In this document: positions 1 to 8,707 of the stretch, piece by piece | How the letters are laid out: every line of letters starts with the position of its first letter | Position numbering within the stretch: the stretch's first letter is position 1 | Source of the DNA: Bdellovibrionales bacterium | GTDB lineage: Bacteria > Bdellovibrionota > Bdellovibrionia > Bdellovibrionales > DASUEL01 | Length of the DNA stretch: 17,390 nucleotides | Direction: 5' to 3' | Assembly (NCBI GenBank): GCA_050250255.1 | Contig: JBFWOZ010000055.1 | Location: forward strand, 1 to 17,390 | Notes under the pieces: generated by a model | Database searches by the model: none | Seen by the model: the letters and a program-made list of their open reading frames with translations, nothing else | What the model was told of the DNA's origin: nothing | Program-made: the position numbers and the translations under genes

Positions 1-266
1 TTCGTGCTGTCGGTTGTGACGTCGTGACTTTTGGTCAGTACTTACAGCCAACATTAAAACATATTCCAGTCGAAAGCTTTGTGACTCCAGAAAAATTTCA
101 AGAGTGGCAAAAAGAAGCCGAGGCTATGGGCTTTTTATACGTCGCGAGCGGACCGCTCGTAAGATCCAGTTACCGAGCGGGCGAATTTTTTATTAAGGGA
201 ATTATCGAAAAACAAAGACAACAAAGTGCAGACGCAAGTTTGCAGGGAGTGCAGCATGGATATTAA
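1..266 (+). CDS. lipA: Lipoyl synthase, C-terminal part (5' end outside window)
   Basis: Frame open from the window edge: [17 protein letters not shown]...FVTPEKF...[20 protein letters not shown], the LipA C-terminal GQYLQP and GPLVRSSY motifs. Stop at 264-266. Confidence 0.95.
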   Translation, partial: RAVGCDVVTFGQYLQPTLKHIPVESFVTPEKFQEWQKEAEAMGFLYVASGPLVRSSYRAGEFFIKGIIEKQRQQSADASLQGVQHGY

Positions 267-1566
267 ACTTCCAGAATTAGGTGAAGGCGTTACCGAAGGT
301 GAATTAGTAAAATGGCTCGTGAAAGTGGGCGATGTTGTAAAACAAGATCAGCCTATCGTTGAAGTCATGACAGATAAAGCCACCGTGGAAGTTCCAAGTC
401 CGCAGAATGGGAAAGTGACCGCACTTGTTGCCAAAGAAGGCGAAACAATTGGCGTCGGCGCGACCCTCATTCAACTTGAGAGTGGTGGCACAGCCCAAGC
501 GGTCGCTCCAGCCCCAAAGCCAGCAGCAGCTCCTGCTCAGGCGGCAAGTAAACCAGCACCTGCAGGTGCAAGTGTTACGAATTCTGCGAATTTTGCAAAA
601 CCCTCTGCAAATAATGGAAGCCAAATTTCTCCCCCAGTGGCATCAAGCCGTGTGCTTTCTACACCATCGACTCGTCGTCTTGCTCGTGAACTCAACGTGG
701 ATATCAACACGATGAAGGGTTCGGGGCTTGCGGGCCGCGTGACTCGCGAAGATGTGCTCTCAAGTCGCGGTGGTGGAAGTAGTGGCGGAATGGAGATCGT
801 CGCTCCAGCTGCAACCCCTACGCGTTCGATCCCGCGTCCTTCTTACCAAGGTGGTGGTCCTCTTGAAGAGCGCGTTCCTCTCAAGGGAGTTCGCAAAAAA
901 ATCGCCGAGAAGATGCAACTTTCTAAACATGTGATCCCTCACTTCACTTTGATGGATGAAGCGAACGTGACCGAACTCGTGAATCTTCGTGCTTCGCTCA
1001 AAGAAAAAATGACGGATCAAAAAGTGAAAATCACTTATCTCCCATTTGTGATGAAAGCGCTCATTGCAACCGCTCGAAAAATCACAGAAGTGAATGCGAG
1101 CATCGACGATGCCGCTCAAGAAATCGTTTACAAAAAATATTTTAATATTGGTTTCGCGGCCGACACTCCACAGGGGCTTCTTGTTCCGGTCATTAAAGAT
1201 GCCGATCGTAAGTCGATCTTGGAATTAAGCCAAGAAATTGTAGAGCTTTCTGAAAAAGCGCGAGCCGGTAAACTTTCTCTCGAAGAAATGAAGGGCGCAA
1301 GCTTTAGCATCACCAATATCGGTAGTATCGGTGGCACTTATGCGACTCCGATCATCAACCATCCTGAAGTGTTGATCGTGGGTATGTACAAAATTTCTAA
1401 AAAGCCAATCTTTAGTAAAAAAGGTGAAGTCGAAGCCGCTCATATTATGAACGTTTCGGTCACTGCCGATCATCGTTTGATCGATGGCGCGGTAGCGGCT
1501 CGGTTCATGGCTTCGTTCATTGAGAAGTTAGAAAATCCTGGCCTCTTGATGATGGATCTCGCTTAA
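256..1566 (+). CDS. Dihydrolipoamide acyltransferase E2 of a 2-oxoacid dehydrogenase (pyruvate or branched-chain type), one lipoyl domain
   Basis: ATG at 256 after GGAG (246-249). Lipoyl domain [13 protein letters not shown]...[14 protein letters not shown], Ala/Pro linker, E3-binding domain [16 protein letters not shown]...[13 protein letters not shown], catalytic DHRLIDG. The ORF-track start at 226 lies inside lipA and is less likely. Confidence 0.93.
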   Translation: MDIKLPELGEGVTEGELVKWLVKVGDVVKQDQPIVEVMTDKATVEVPSPQNGKVTALVAKEGETIGVGATLIQLESGGTAQAVAPAPKPAAAPAQAASKPAPAGASVTNSANFAKPSANNGSQISPPVASSRVLSTPSTRRLARELNVDINTMKGSGLAGRVTREDVLSSRGGGSSGGMEIVAPAATPTRSIPRPSYQGGGPLEERVPLKGVRKKIAEKMQLSKHVIPHFTLMDEANVTELVNLRASLKEKMTDQKVKITYLPFVMKALIATARKITEVNASIDDAAQEIVYKKYFNIGFAADTPQGLLVPVIKDADRKSILELSQEIVELSEKARAGKLSLEEMKGASFSITNIGSIGGTYATPIINHPEVLIVGMYKISKKPIFSKKGEVEAAHIMNVSVTADHRLIDGAVAARFMASFIEKLENPGLLMMDLA

Positions 1567-1576
1567 GGAGTTTTAA

Positions 1577-3016
1577 ATGTCTTACGATGTGTGTGTGATT
1601 GGTTCTGGTCCTGGCGGATATGTGGCGGCAATTCGCGCTTCTCAACACGGTTTAAAAACCATCGTTGTCGAAAGAGATGCACTAGGTGGCGTTTGTTTGA
1701 ATGTGGGATGTATTCCTTCAAAAGCGATGATCACGGCAGCGCATTTTCTTCACCGTATTCAGTATGACGGTCCAGAGATGGGGATCACAACTTCAAGCGT
1801 GAAACTCGATATGCCAAAACTTTTAAGCTGGAAGCAAAGCGTATGCGACCGCATGTCGACGGGAGTGGAAGGCTTACTGAAAGGTAATAAAGCTGAAGTC
1901 ATTCGCGGAGAAGCTCAATTCGTTTCGAAAGAAGAGCTTCAAGTAAAAACCAAAGAAGGTACGAAGTCGATTCGTGCAAAAAACTTCATCGTAGCGACGG
2001 GCTCTCGTCCGGTGCAAATTCCAGGTTTTGAGTTTGATGAAAAAACCGTGATGTCTTCAACAGGGGCTCTTGATTTAGATCAGGTTCCAAAAAAATTAGT
2101 CGTTATCGGTGGTGGATACATCGGTCTTGAGATCAGTGGATACCTTTCGCAATTAGGATCTGAAGTGACAGTCGTGGAAGCGATGTCCGATCTTCTTGTC
2201 GGCGTTGTCGATAAAGACGCGGTTCAAGTGGTTGCTCGTAAATTAAAAAAACAAGGCGTACAAATTCTCACAAACGCCAAAGCGAAATCTTATAAAAAAA
2301 CAAAAGCCGGCGTGGAAGTGACGATTGAAGTGGGCGGTAAAACGCAAACTCTAGAGGCAGATAAAATTCTTGTGACCGTTGGTCGTAGACCCAATTCAGA
2401 TCAATGTAATCTTAAAGGTATTGGTCTAAAAATTAACGACAAAGGTTTTCTTGAAACCGATGCGAAACGTCGCACGAATATCCCAGGTATCTATGCTATC
2501 GGTGATATCGTAGGAAACCCGATGCTTGCTCATAAAGCGAGTTACGAAGGTGTTCTCGTAGCTGATGTCATTCACGGCGCAAACCGCGTGTTCGATGCGA
2601 AAACCGTTCCGGCGGTGATCTTCACGGATCCTGAAATTGCTTCTGTGGGTTGGAGCGAAGAAGAAGCGAAAGCTCAAGGCTATAAAGAATTAAAAGTCGG
2701 TAAGTTTCCGTTTGCAGCCAATGGCCGCGCGGTTTCCATGATGTCGACGGACGGATTTATCAAGATGGTTGCTGATGCAAAGACAGACGTCGTCCTTGGC
2801 GTTACGATTGTTGGTCCTGAGGCGAGTAATCTTATTAGCGAAGCAGCTCTCGCAATCGAAATGGGAGCGCGCTTAGAAGATTTAGCGCTCACCATCCATC
2901 CGCATCCAACCTTAGGAGAAGCGATGATGGAAGCGGCGGAAGCCACTCTTGGTCACGCGATTCATATCATTCAAAGACCTCTACGTACTGCGGCCGCATC
3001 TCCGACTGCACATTAA
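1577..3016 (+). CDS. lpdA: Dihydrolipoyl dehydrogenase (E3)
   Basis: GSGPGGY FAD motif, redox disulfide GGVCLNVGCIPSK, GGGYIGLE NAD motif, C-terminal HPHPTLGE. RBS AAGGAG at 1565-1570. Confidence 0.97.
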   Translation: MSYDVCVIGSGPGGYVAAIRASQHGLKTIVVERDALGGVCLNVGCIPSKAMITAAHFLHRIQYDGPEMGITTSSVKLDMPKLLSWKQSVCDRMSTGVEGLLKGNKAEVIRGEAQFVSKEELQVKTKEGTKSIRAKNFIVATGSRPVQIPGFEFDEKTVMSSTGALDLDQVPKKLVVIGGGYIGLEISGYLSQLGSEVTVVEAMSDLLVGVVDKDAVQVVARKLKKQGVQILTNAKAKSYKKTKAGVEVTIEVGGKTQTLEADKILVTVGRRPNSDQCNLKGIGLKINDKGFLETDAKRRTNIPGIYAIGDIVGNPMLAHKASYEGVLVADVIHGANRVFDAKTVPAVIFTDPEIASVGWSEEEAKAQGYKELKVGKFPFAANGRAVSMMSTDGFIKMVADAKTDVVLGVTIVGPEASNLISEAALAIEMGARLEDLALTIHPHPTLGEAMMEAAEATLGHAIHIIQRPLRTAAASPTAH

Positions 3017-3017
3017 T

Positions 3018-3674
3018 ATGGAAAATATTGAAGTACATGTTGATCCCCAAAATACTCCTTCGCAACTTCGTGTGGAGGATTGGGGACTTGTGGACTATGG
3101 CGAGGCTGAGCAACGTCAACTCCATTACGTCCAGCAAGTGCAAGATGGCTTACGAAAAGACACACTTGTATTTTGCACTCATCCACCCGTTGTCACCTTA
3201 GGCCGTGCTTCAAAAAAAGAAGAAGATCTGATTGGTTGGAACGGTGACGTACACGAAGTCCAGCGTGGAGGACGCGCGACTTATCATGGACCTTCACAAA
3301 TGATTGCGTATCCAATTCTTGATTTAAAAAAACGCGGATCTGATCTTCATAAATATTTAAGGAATCTCGAGAATGTGTTGATCAGTTGCCTCAGCATGTA
3401 CGGCGTGCAAGCTGAAGGCGGGCGTGAAGATGCGACGGGCGTATGGATCGGCTCTAAAAAAATCGCATCGATCGGAATTGGCGTAAAAAAATGGGTTTCG
3501 TTTCACGGAATCGCGATGAATCTTCACCACGACCCCAAAGCTTTTCAGGGAATCAACCCTTGCGGTTTCTCCACCGCCCAGATGACCAATCTAGAAGATC
3601 TTCTAGGGCAAAAAATTTCCCACAAAAATTTTCAAATGGTCTTCGAAAACTTCTTTAAAATCCAATTTCTGTAG
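3018..3674 (+). CDS. lipB: Lipoyl(octanoyl) transferase
   Basis: HPPVVTLGR, RGGRATYHGPSQ, TGVWI..KKIASIGI, HGIAMN, INPCG motifs. Start placed at ATG 3018, 1 nt after the lpdA stop; the ORF-track start at 2949 overlaps lpdA. Confidence 0.95.
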   Translation: MENIEVHVDPQNTPSQLRVEDWGLVDYGEAEQRQLHYVQQVQDGLRKDTLVFCTHPPVVTLGRASKKEEDLIGWNGDVHEVQRGGRATYHGPSQMIAYPILDLKKRGSDLHKYLRNLENVLISCLSMYGVQAEGGREDATGVWIGSKKIASIGIGVKKWVSFHGIAMNLHHDPKAFQGINPCGFSTAQMTNLEDLLGQKISHKNFQMVFENFFKIQFL

Positions 3675-3680
3675 ATTCGA

Positions 3681-4091
3681 TTACTGCTTCGCTTTATCGA
3701 TGCTGATGGCAAACTTGTGAATGCCGCCGCTTTTGATAGCGTCAATGACAGCAATCACTTTTCCGTGAGGAACATCTTTATCGGCCGAGATGACCGCTTG
3801 TGAATCGGGCTTATCTTTAGCCATTTGTGTGGCGACATTTTTAAGTTCTTCTTCGCTCGAAGCTTTTCCATTGAGGAAGATTCCGCCGGTGGAGCTCACG
3901 CTGATACTTAGTGGGCTCGCGGTTGTTTCATCGCCCGAGATGGCTTTAGGAAGGTTTACGTTAATACTTGGCTTCATGATGATCGGAGTGGTCACCATGA
4001 AAATGATGAGTACGACGAGAATGATGTCTACGAAGGGCGTGACGTTAATGTCCGCAATGGCTTCTTTGTCATCTCCACCAATGGCGGCCAT
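3681..4091 (-). CDS. exbD: ExbD/TolR family biopolymer transport protein
   Basis: INVTPFVDIILVVLIIFMVT TM with the conserved Asp, VNLPKA, ISADKDVPHGKVIAVIDAIKSGG. Confidence 0.92.
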   Translation of the reverse strand: MAAIGGDDKEAIADINVTPFVDIILVVLIIFMVTTPIIMKPSINVNLPKAISGDETTASPLSISVSSTGGIFLNGKASSEEELKNVATQMAKDKPDSQAVISADKDVPHGKVIAVIDAIKSGGIHKFAISIDKAKQ

Positions 4092-4093
4092 GA

Positions 4094-4720
4094 TTATTTA
4101 CCTTTCCTTTTTGCGTAAGCGATGCTGAGTTCACGAACGGTCTCGAGATTCATCATGATATTTTTCACTTGGCGTTGAAACGTGTTGTAGGCCACAACGG
4201 CTGGTATCGCTACGAAAAGACCGACCGCAGTTGCGACAAGTGCTTCGGCGATACCCACCATAACGCTCGCAGCATCACCTTGGCTCGCGCCAAGATCGTT
4301 GAAGGCTTTCATGATTCCGAACACAGTTCCCAGAAGACCGATGAACGGAGCGTTGGATCCTACGGTCGCAAGAAAATTCAAAGATTTTTCGAGTTTTGGC
4401 TTTTCAATTAACGCGTAACCGTTGATCAACTCACTCAATCCTTCTGCTCCATGCTCTTTGGCATGTTTGAGACCGTAAGCAAGAGCGCGGCCTTCGAGAG
4501 AATCACGGTCTTTGCTGACTTCGTTGAGTTCCTCTAAGTTTTGCGTTTGCATAATTTGTTGCAATTGTTCTTTGAGTTTTGCGCCTTTTGAACGAATTTG
4601 GCTAAGCGTGAGGTATCTCTCGATGATGGAGGCGATGCTGAACACACTCAAAGCAATAAGTAACCATAAAACGGATTCAGCTCCGGCCTGAGCGATGACG
4701 AATATTTTTTGTGTAATCAT
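4094..4720 (-). CDS. exbB: MotA/TolQ/ExbB proton-channel family protein
   Basis: LATVGSNAPFIGLLGTVFGIMKAF and GIAEALVATAVGLFVAIPA motifs; AGGAG RBS at 4731-4727. ExbB versus TolQ cannot be resolved by eye. Confidence 0.88.
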   Translation of the reverse strand: MITQKIFVIAQAGAESVLWLLIALSVFSIASIIERYLTLSQIRSKGAKLKEQLQQIMQTQNLEELNEVSKDRDSLEGRALAYGLKHAKEHGAEGLSELINGYALIEKPKLEKSLNFLATVGSNAPFIGLLGTVFGIMKAFNDLGASQGDAASVMVGIAEALVATAVGLFVAIPAVVAYNTFQRQVKNIMMNLETVRELSIAYAKRKGK

Positions 4721-4739
4721 AGTAGGCTCCTATATATAA

Positions 4740-4769
4740 ATTATCTCTGGAGTTGAAACGGCTGGTCAA
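4740..4769 (-). promoter_or_regulatory. Possible sigma70-type promoter for exbB-exbD
   Basis: Minus strand TTGACC (4769-4764), 18-nt spacer, GATAAT (4745-4740), just upstream of the AGGAG RBS in the 76-bp divergent gap. Confidence 0.3.
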
Positions 4770-4796
4770 GGTATCATAGACGTCGGTAGGCGTCGG

Positions 4797-6614
4797 ATGA
4801 TGAATCAATACACTCGTTTAGTGTGGTTACTTTTTGCTTCTTTTATTTTTATCTCCTGCCAAAGTCAGGGGCCGGCGTCTCCGTCCGTTTTATTAATCGC
4901 TGTAGAGAGCTTGCCCGTTGATGCCGTGAACTGTGTCAACGTCGAGGGGAGCGAAGATTCTGATTCGGGTTTTCAGGTCTTATGTAGAGAATCGGTGAGA
5001 TACACTCACGCTTTTACACCTTCGCCGCTCAGTCAATCTGCAATCGCGTCACTTTTTACTGGCCTTTGGCCCTTTGAACATAAGGTGAGAACCAATGGTG
5101 CTCCGGGGTTAAGCGCACACTTTGAGACCATTGCAGAAATCGCCTACACCCAAGGATATAAAACGAGTTTCTTTTCTGGTGGGCCTCCGATTCTTCGAAA
5201 GTCAGGACTCGCTCAGGGATTTGAAGTTTTTGAAGATAATTTTCCTGTCTCTTGGTCGCAGCTTCATCGTTCCTCCGACAAGCTCATTACAAAATTTCTT
5301 GAATGGCTTGATGAAGATGTAGGTGCGGATAAATTTCTCTCGGTTCTTTATTTTTCAGATCTCCAGTCCTTTGATCTTCCGGCAGCTGATATTGCGGGTG
5401 TGCCCATTGATCGTTCTTACGAGGGAAGAAAAGCGAGGCTTGATCGCCAACTATTTAAACTTTTTGAAACTCTTAAGCAGCAGAAGCACTGGAGTGATAC
5501 TTATGTGATTCTTGTTGGTCTTAATGGCTATTCAGATCAAGAAAGATTTAACGAAGTAGTGGGGACCAACCTTCATGCAGAAAACACTCAGGTGGCCATG
5601 CTCATTAAGGGTCCTCAAAGCAAAGCGCGCGATTTGAGTTTGCATTGGGGAGTAGATGCGAATGTGACCCTCGTCGACTTAGGAGAAACTCTCAGAGATG
5701 TTTTGGGAGGACCCGTATCGAAAGACTCTACATTTCTAAATCCCGTTTCGCTAAAAGCAAATTTAAATTCTCCTGATGTCTATTGGGATGCAGAAAGGCC
5801 ACTTCTATTGGAGTCGGCTTGGGCAAAGTGGCGCGGTTTTGGGGAGATTCGGTACGCTGTACGTTTTGGCTCAAGTTTGTATATTCATAATCAAAGACCG
5901 GCTCTTTACAACTCTCTTTCAGACCGTCTAGAGACGAGTCCGCTCTTTGTAGAAATAGAAAAAAATAAGAAAGTATCAGAAATTTTAAATCATGTGTCAG
6001 CGGAGCCCTGGTCATTTACTCCGTTTTATTTTTTAAATCGTTTAGACGTGGGCTTGAACCTTTGGGATCCTTCTCGAAACAAAGGTGTGCTTCAGGAAGA
6101 CTCGAAAGAGGATGAAGAACTTGGCCGCTGGGTTGCTGCGCAAGCTCTTGTAGAGTCACAGTGGCAGGAGCTTCTGAAGCTTGGACAATTGCACAATCGT
6201 CTTGATTGGCAATATGTCGCAGGCCTGAACTTAGGAACTCCTTTTGCATTCAACGAGCAAGCTTGGAGAAAGTCAAGGGCCTCACCTTGTTGGCGCGCGC
6301 TGTTCTCTCAAAGTAAAAACGTTATTAAACAATGTGAAGACCCGCTTTTTGTGGACATTTATACTCTCAGCAAAATGAATAGCAATTTATCGGAATATCA
6401 TTCTCAGAGGGAGAGTATAGCCCGGACCTTTTATCAGCTCCGGTTGGATCGAAAAATTTCCCAGATGAATTTTGTAAATGGCCTCAACTGGGATACACAG
6501 TATGTTAAAGTATTAGAACCTTCGTCAGGGGAACTACTCCTTTCTCTGCCTGACAATAGAAAATTATTGGCATACTGTAATGAAAAGCTCTTGATAGATA
6601 AGAAAGATGAGTAA
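4797..6614 (+). CDS. Sulfatase/alkaline-phosphatase-superfamily lipoprotein with degenerate active site
   Basis: Signal peptide with lipobox-like FIS-C21. PSVLLIAVESL, ESVRYTHAFTPSPLSQSAIASLFTGLWPFEHKV, TIAEIAYTQGYKT and GLAQGFE match the sulfatase N-terminal pattern; the C-terminal ~200 aa are not recognised. Confidence 0.75.
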   Translation: MMNQYTRLVWLLFASFIFISCQSQGPASPSVLLIAVESLPVDAVNCVNVEGSEDSDSGFQVLCRESVRYTHAFTPSPLSQSAIASLFTGLWPFEHKVRTNGAPGLSAHFETIAEIAYTQGYKTSFFSGGPPILRKSGLAQGFEVFEDNFPVSWSQLHRSSDKLITKFLEWLDEDVGADKFLSVLYFSDLQSFDLPAADIAGVPIDRSYEGRKARLDRQLFKLFETLKQQKHWSDTYVILVGLNGYSDQERFNEVVGTNLHAENTQVAMLIKGPQSKARDLSLHWGVDANVTLVDLGETLRDVLGGPVSKDSTFLNPVSLKANLNSPDVYWDAERPLLLESAWAKWRGFGEIRYAVRFGSSLYIHNQRPALYNSLSDRLETSPLFVEIEKNKKVSEILNHVSAEPWSFTPFYFLNRLDVGLNLWDPSRNKGVLQEDSKEDEELGRWVAAQALVESQWQELLKLGQLHNRLDWQYVAGLNLGTPFAFNEQAWRKSRASPCWRALFSQSKNVIKQCEDPLFVDIYTLSKMNSNLSEYHSQRESIARTFYQLRLDRKISQMNFVNGLNWDTQYVKVLEPSSGELLLSLPDNRKLLAYCNEKLLIDKKDE

Positions 6615-8707
6615 TGAAAAGCTACTGGACTAAAGGAAAAGATTTTATCCGACTTTTTAAAGTGAAGTCGCTTTTGAATATTTCAGGCGGTGCTTCGGAT
6701 CTCACTTTTATTCTGAATCAATTCCATTCCGAACTCTCTTTAGAAAAGAAAACCTATTGGCTTGAAGAGCTCATCATTTGGATTTCAGACTCTAATGATT
6801 CTTTGGGAACTAAAAAAACAGATCATCATGTACCTATTGCTAGGTTAAGTTACTTTTTAGATGTTTTAAATAATCACCTCACGTGGAAGAGAGAGGTGGC
6901 AAAAGTTTTAAGAGATTTTTTAAGAGAATCGTCGACACTTTCTCTATTTAGTCAATCCGGGCTCGTACAGGAGACGGGTCTGTGGAGCGAAACCATGGAT
7001 CGTATACTACATACGATTCTTCCAAAACCTCTTCACGAATCTGAAATGAGTGATTTTTTTTCTCGTATCTTCACATCAGAATTTGATGTGAAGTGGATTG
7101 AAGCATTGCCAGCAGATCTCGTGATTGAAATTGTGGACCTCATTAACTTTGAAGCAGAACCCGGAGTTTATGAGCCTCTCAAACAGTCGATGGCCGACTC
7201 CCTTATTTTGCTAGGCAACAATGTGGCGTCTCTTGGACTAAGCGCAGACGTTCGTAAGAGGCTTGAGGGTGTGTCCGTTTCTGAACTACCGTTTTATCAA
7301 TTAAGAAAAAAGCTTGAGGAATTTTCAGAAAATGTTCTTGGAGGAAGCGCAGCACAAAAACAAATCCCTCTTATTGATGAATGTTTGATCTTAATTACGG
7401 ATTGTCGGCGTAAAGTCCATCAAACTCTTAGGCATCTGGAGCAATCGGGAGTGAGCGTGAACCTGGTGTATCGTTTAGATCACATTGGGCATTGCCTCAC
7501 ACGTATCGAGACCCTCCTGCATCTTTTTGTTTTGGAGATGAAACCGGAGACAATGAGTGTTGTCACCTATTTCTTAGCGGATCTGGTGCGGGATGGAATT
7601 GGCCGCCGTGGAATTGTTTATCTCTTTCAGAACAACATGCGCATGATCGCTAAAAAGATTGTCGAGCGAGCAGGAGATTCGGGAGAGCATTACATCACTC
7701 GATCAAAATCGGAATATTTTGCGATGTTGGCTTCTGCGGGTGGTGGGGGAGCACTCACCGTGCTGACAATGCTTTTAAAGTACGTCATCACAAAGATTAA
7801 GCTGCCTGTTTTTATTGACGGTATGGCCACGTGGCTCAACTATTCTACGGGCTTTATCACCATGCAGTTGGTGGGCTTTACTTTAGCGACAAAGCAGCCT
7901 TCTTATACGGCTTCAACTTTAGCCGGAATGCTTAACAATACGAAGAAGCCCGAAGGGGTCAGAGAATTTGTTGACGAGTTTGTGAAAACGGCACGTTCAC
8001 AATTTGCGGCGGTTCTAGGAAACCTTGGCGTAGCGATACCTTTTTCTTTCCTGGTGGACTTCGTTTTTAATAAAGCTTTTGGACATCATATTTTTGATAC
8101 GAAGTATGCGGAATACACCATTGCAACTCTCCATCCCTATCAGAGTCTCACGATTCTTTATGCGGCGGAAACGGGAGTGATGCTCTGGATGGCAAGTGTA
8201 GCCGGGGGTTGGCTGGATAATTGGATGGTGTATCGGGAGATTCCTCTTGCGATTGAAAAACATCGCATTTTGAATTTTGCCATTGGGCCTCAAAGATGCG
8301 CGAAGATCTCTCACTGGCTTACAAAAAACATGACGGGGATTGGCAGCAATTTAGCGTTAGGATTTTTACTCGCTTTTGTGCCAATTTTTGGAAAATTTAT
8401 GGGTCTCCCTTTCGATGTACGACACGTGACGCTTTCAAGCTGCGCTCTTGTGTTTTCGTTCTGCGCGCTATGGACACCGGAGATGCCGGCTTCACAAATT
8501 ATTATTTCGGCATCAAGTCTTCTTATCATTGGTTTGATGAATTTCGGCGTGAGCTTTTATTTAGCCTTGAACGTGGCGGCACGAGCGCGAGCGGTGGATT
8601 CAAGAGTGATGTCTGTACTCTTCCGACACATATTAAAACGATTTTTTGTAAGTCCTTTAGAGTTTATTTATCCCTTTAAATCCCAGACACCTACCCAGAA
8701 TGGCTGA
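6614..8707 (+). CDS. Gcr-family protein (commonly annotated 'site-specific recombinase'), polytopic membrane protein
   Basis: Family motifs GEHYITRSKSEY..ML.SAGGGG, LNY..GF......FTLATKQP, RSQFAAVLGNL, GLPFDVRHVTLSS, IGLMNFGVSF.LAL.VA.RAR; about 6-7 hydrophobic segments in the C-terminal half. TAATG stop/start overlap with the upstream gene. Confidence 0.85.
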   Translation: MKSYWTKGKDFIRLFKVKSLLNISGGASDLTFILNQFHSELSLEKKTYWLEELIIWISDSNDSLGTKKTDHHVPIARLSYFLDVLNNHLTWKREVAKVLRDFLRESSTLSLFSQSGLVQETGLWSETMDRILHTILPKPLHESEMSDFFSRIFTSEFDVKWIEALPADLVIEIVDLINFEAEPGVYEPLKQSMADSLILLGNNVASLGLSADVRKRLEGVSVSELPFYQLRKKLEEFSENVLGGSAAQKQIPLIDECLILITDCRRKVHQTLRHLEQSGVSVNLVYRLDHIGHCLTRIETLLHLFVLEMKPETMSVVTYFLADLVRDGIGRRGIVYLFQNNMRMIAKKIVERAGDSGEHYITRSKSEYFAMLASAGGGGALTVLTMLLKYVITKIKLPVFIDGMATWLNYSTGFITMQLVGFTLATKQPSYTASTLAGMLNNTKKPEGVREFVDEFVKTARSQFAAVLGNLGVAIPFSFLVDFVFNKAFGHHIFDTKYAEYTIATLHPYQSLTILYAAETGVMLWMASVAGGWLDNWMVYREIPLAIEKHRILNFAIGPQRCAKISHWLTKNMTGIGSNLALGFLLAFVPIFGKFMGLPFDVRHVTLSSCALVFSFCALWTPEMPASQIIISASSLLIIGLMNFGVSFYLALNVAARARAVDSRVMSVLFRHILKRFFVSPLEFIYPFKSQTPTQNG

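Noticed and set aside
490..640. Ala/Pro-rich quasi-repeats (CCAGC-rich) in E2, and the Pro/Ser tract near 11830-12005
   Set aside because: Ordinary low-complexity interdomain linkers, not DNA repeat arrays or CRISPR.
4727..4745. Fur box upstream of exbB (GATAAT-containing AT-rich tract)
   Set aside because: Only the first hexamer matches the 19-bp GATAATGATAATCATTATC consensus and there is no dyad symmetry.
6614..8707. Mobile element or integrase suggested by the 'site-specific recombinase' family name
   Set aside because: No recombinase catalytic motifs, att sites, terminal repeats or cargo recognised; the protein is largely hydrophobic in its C-terminal half.
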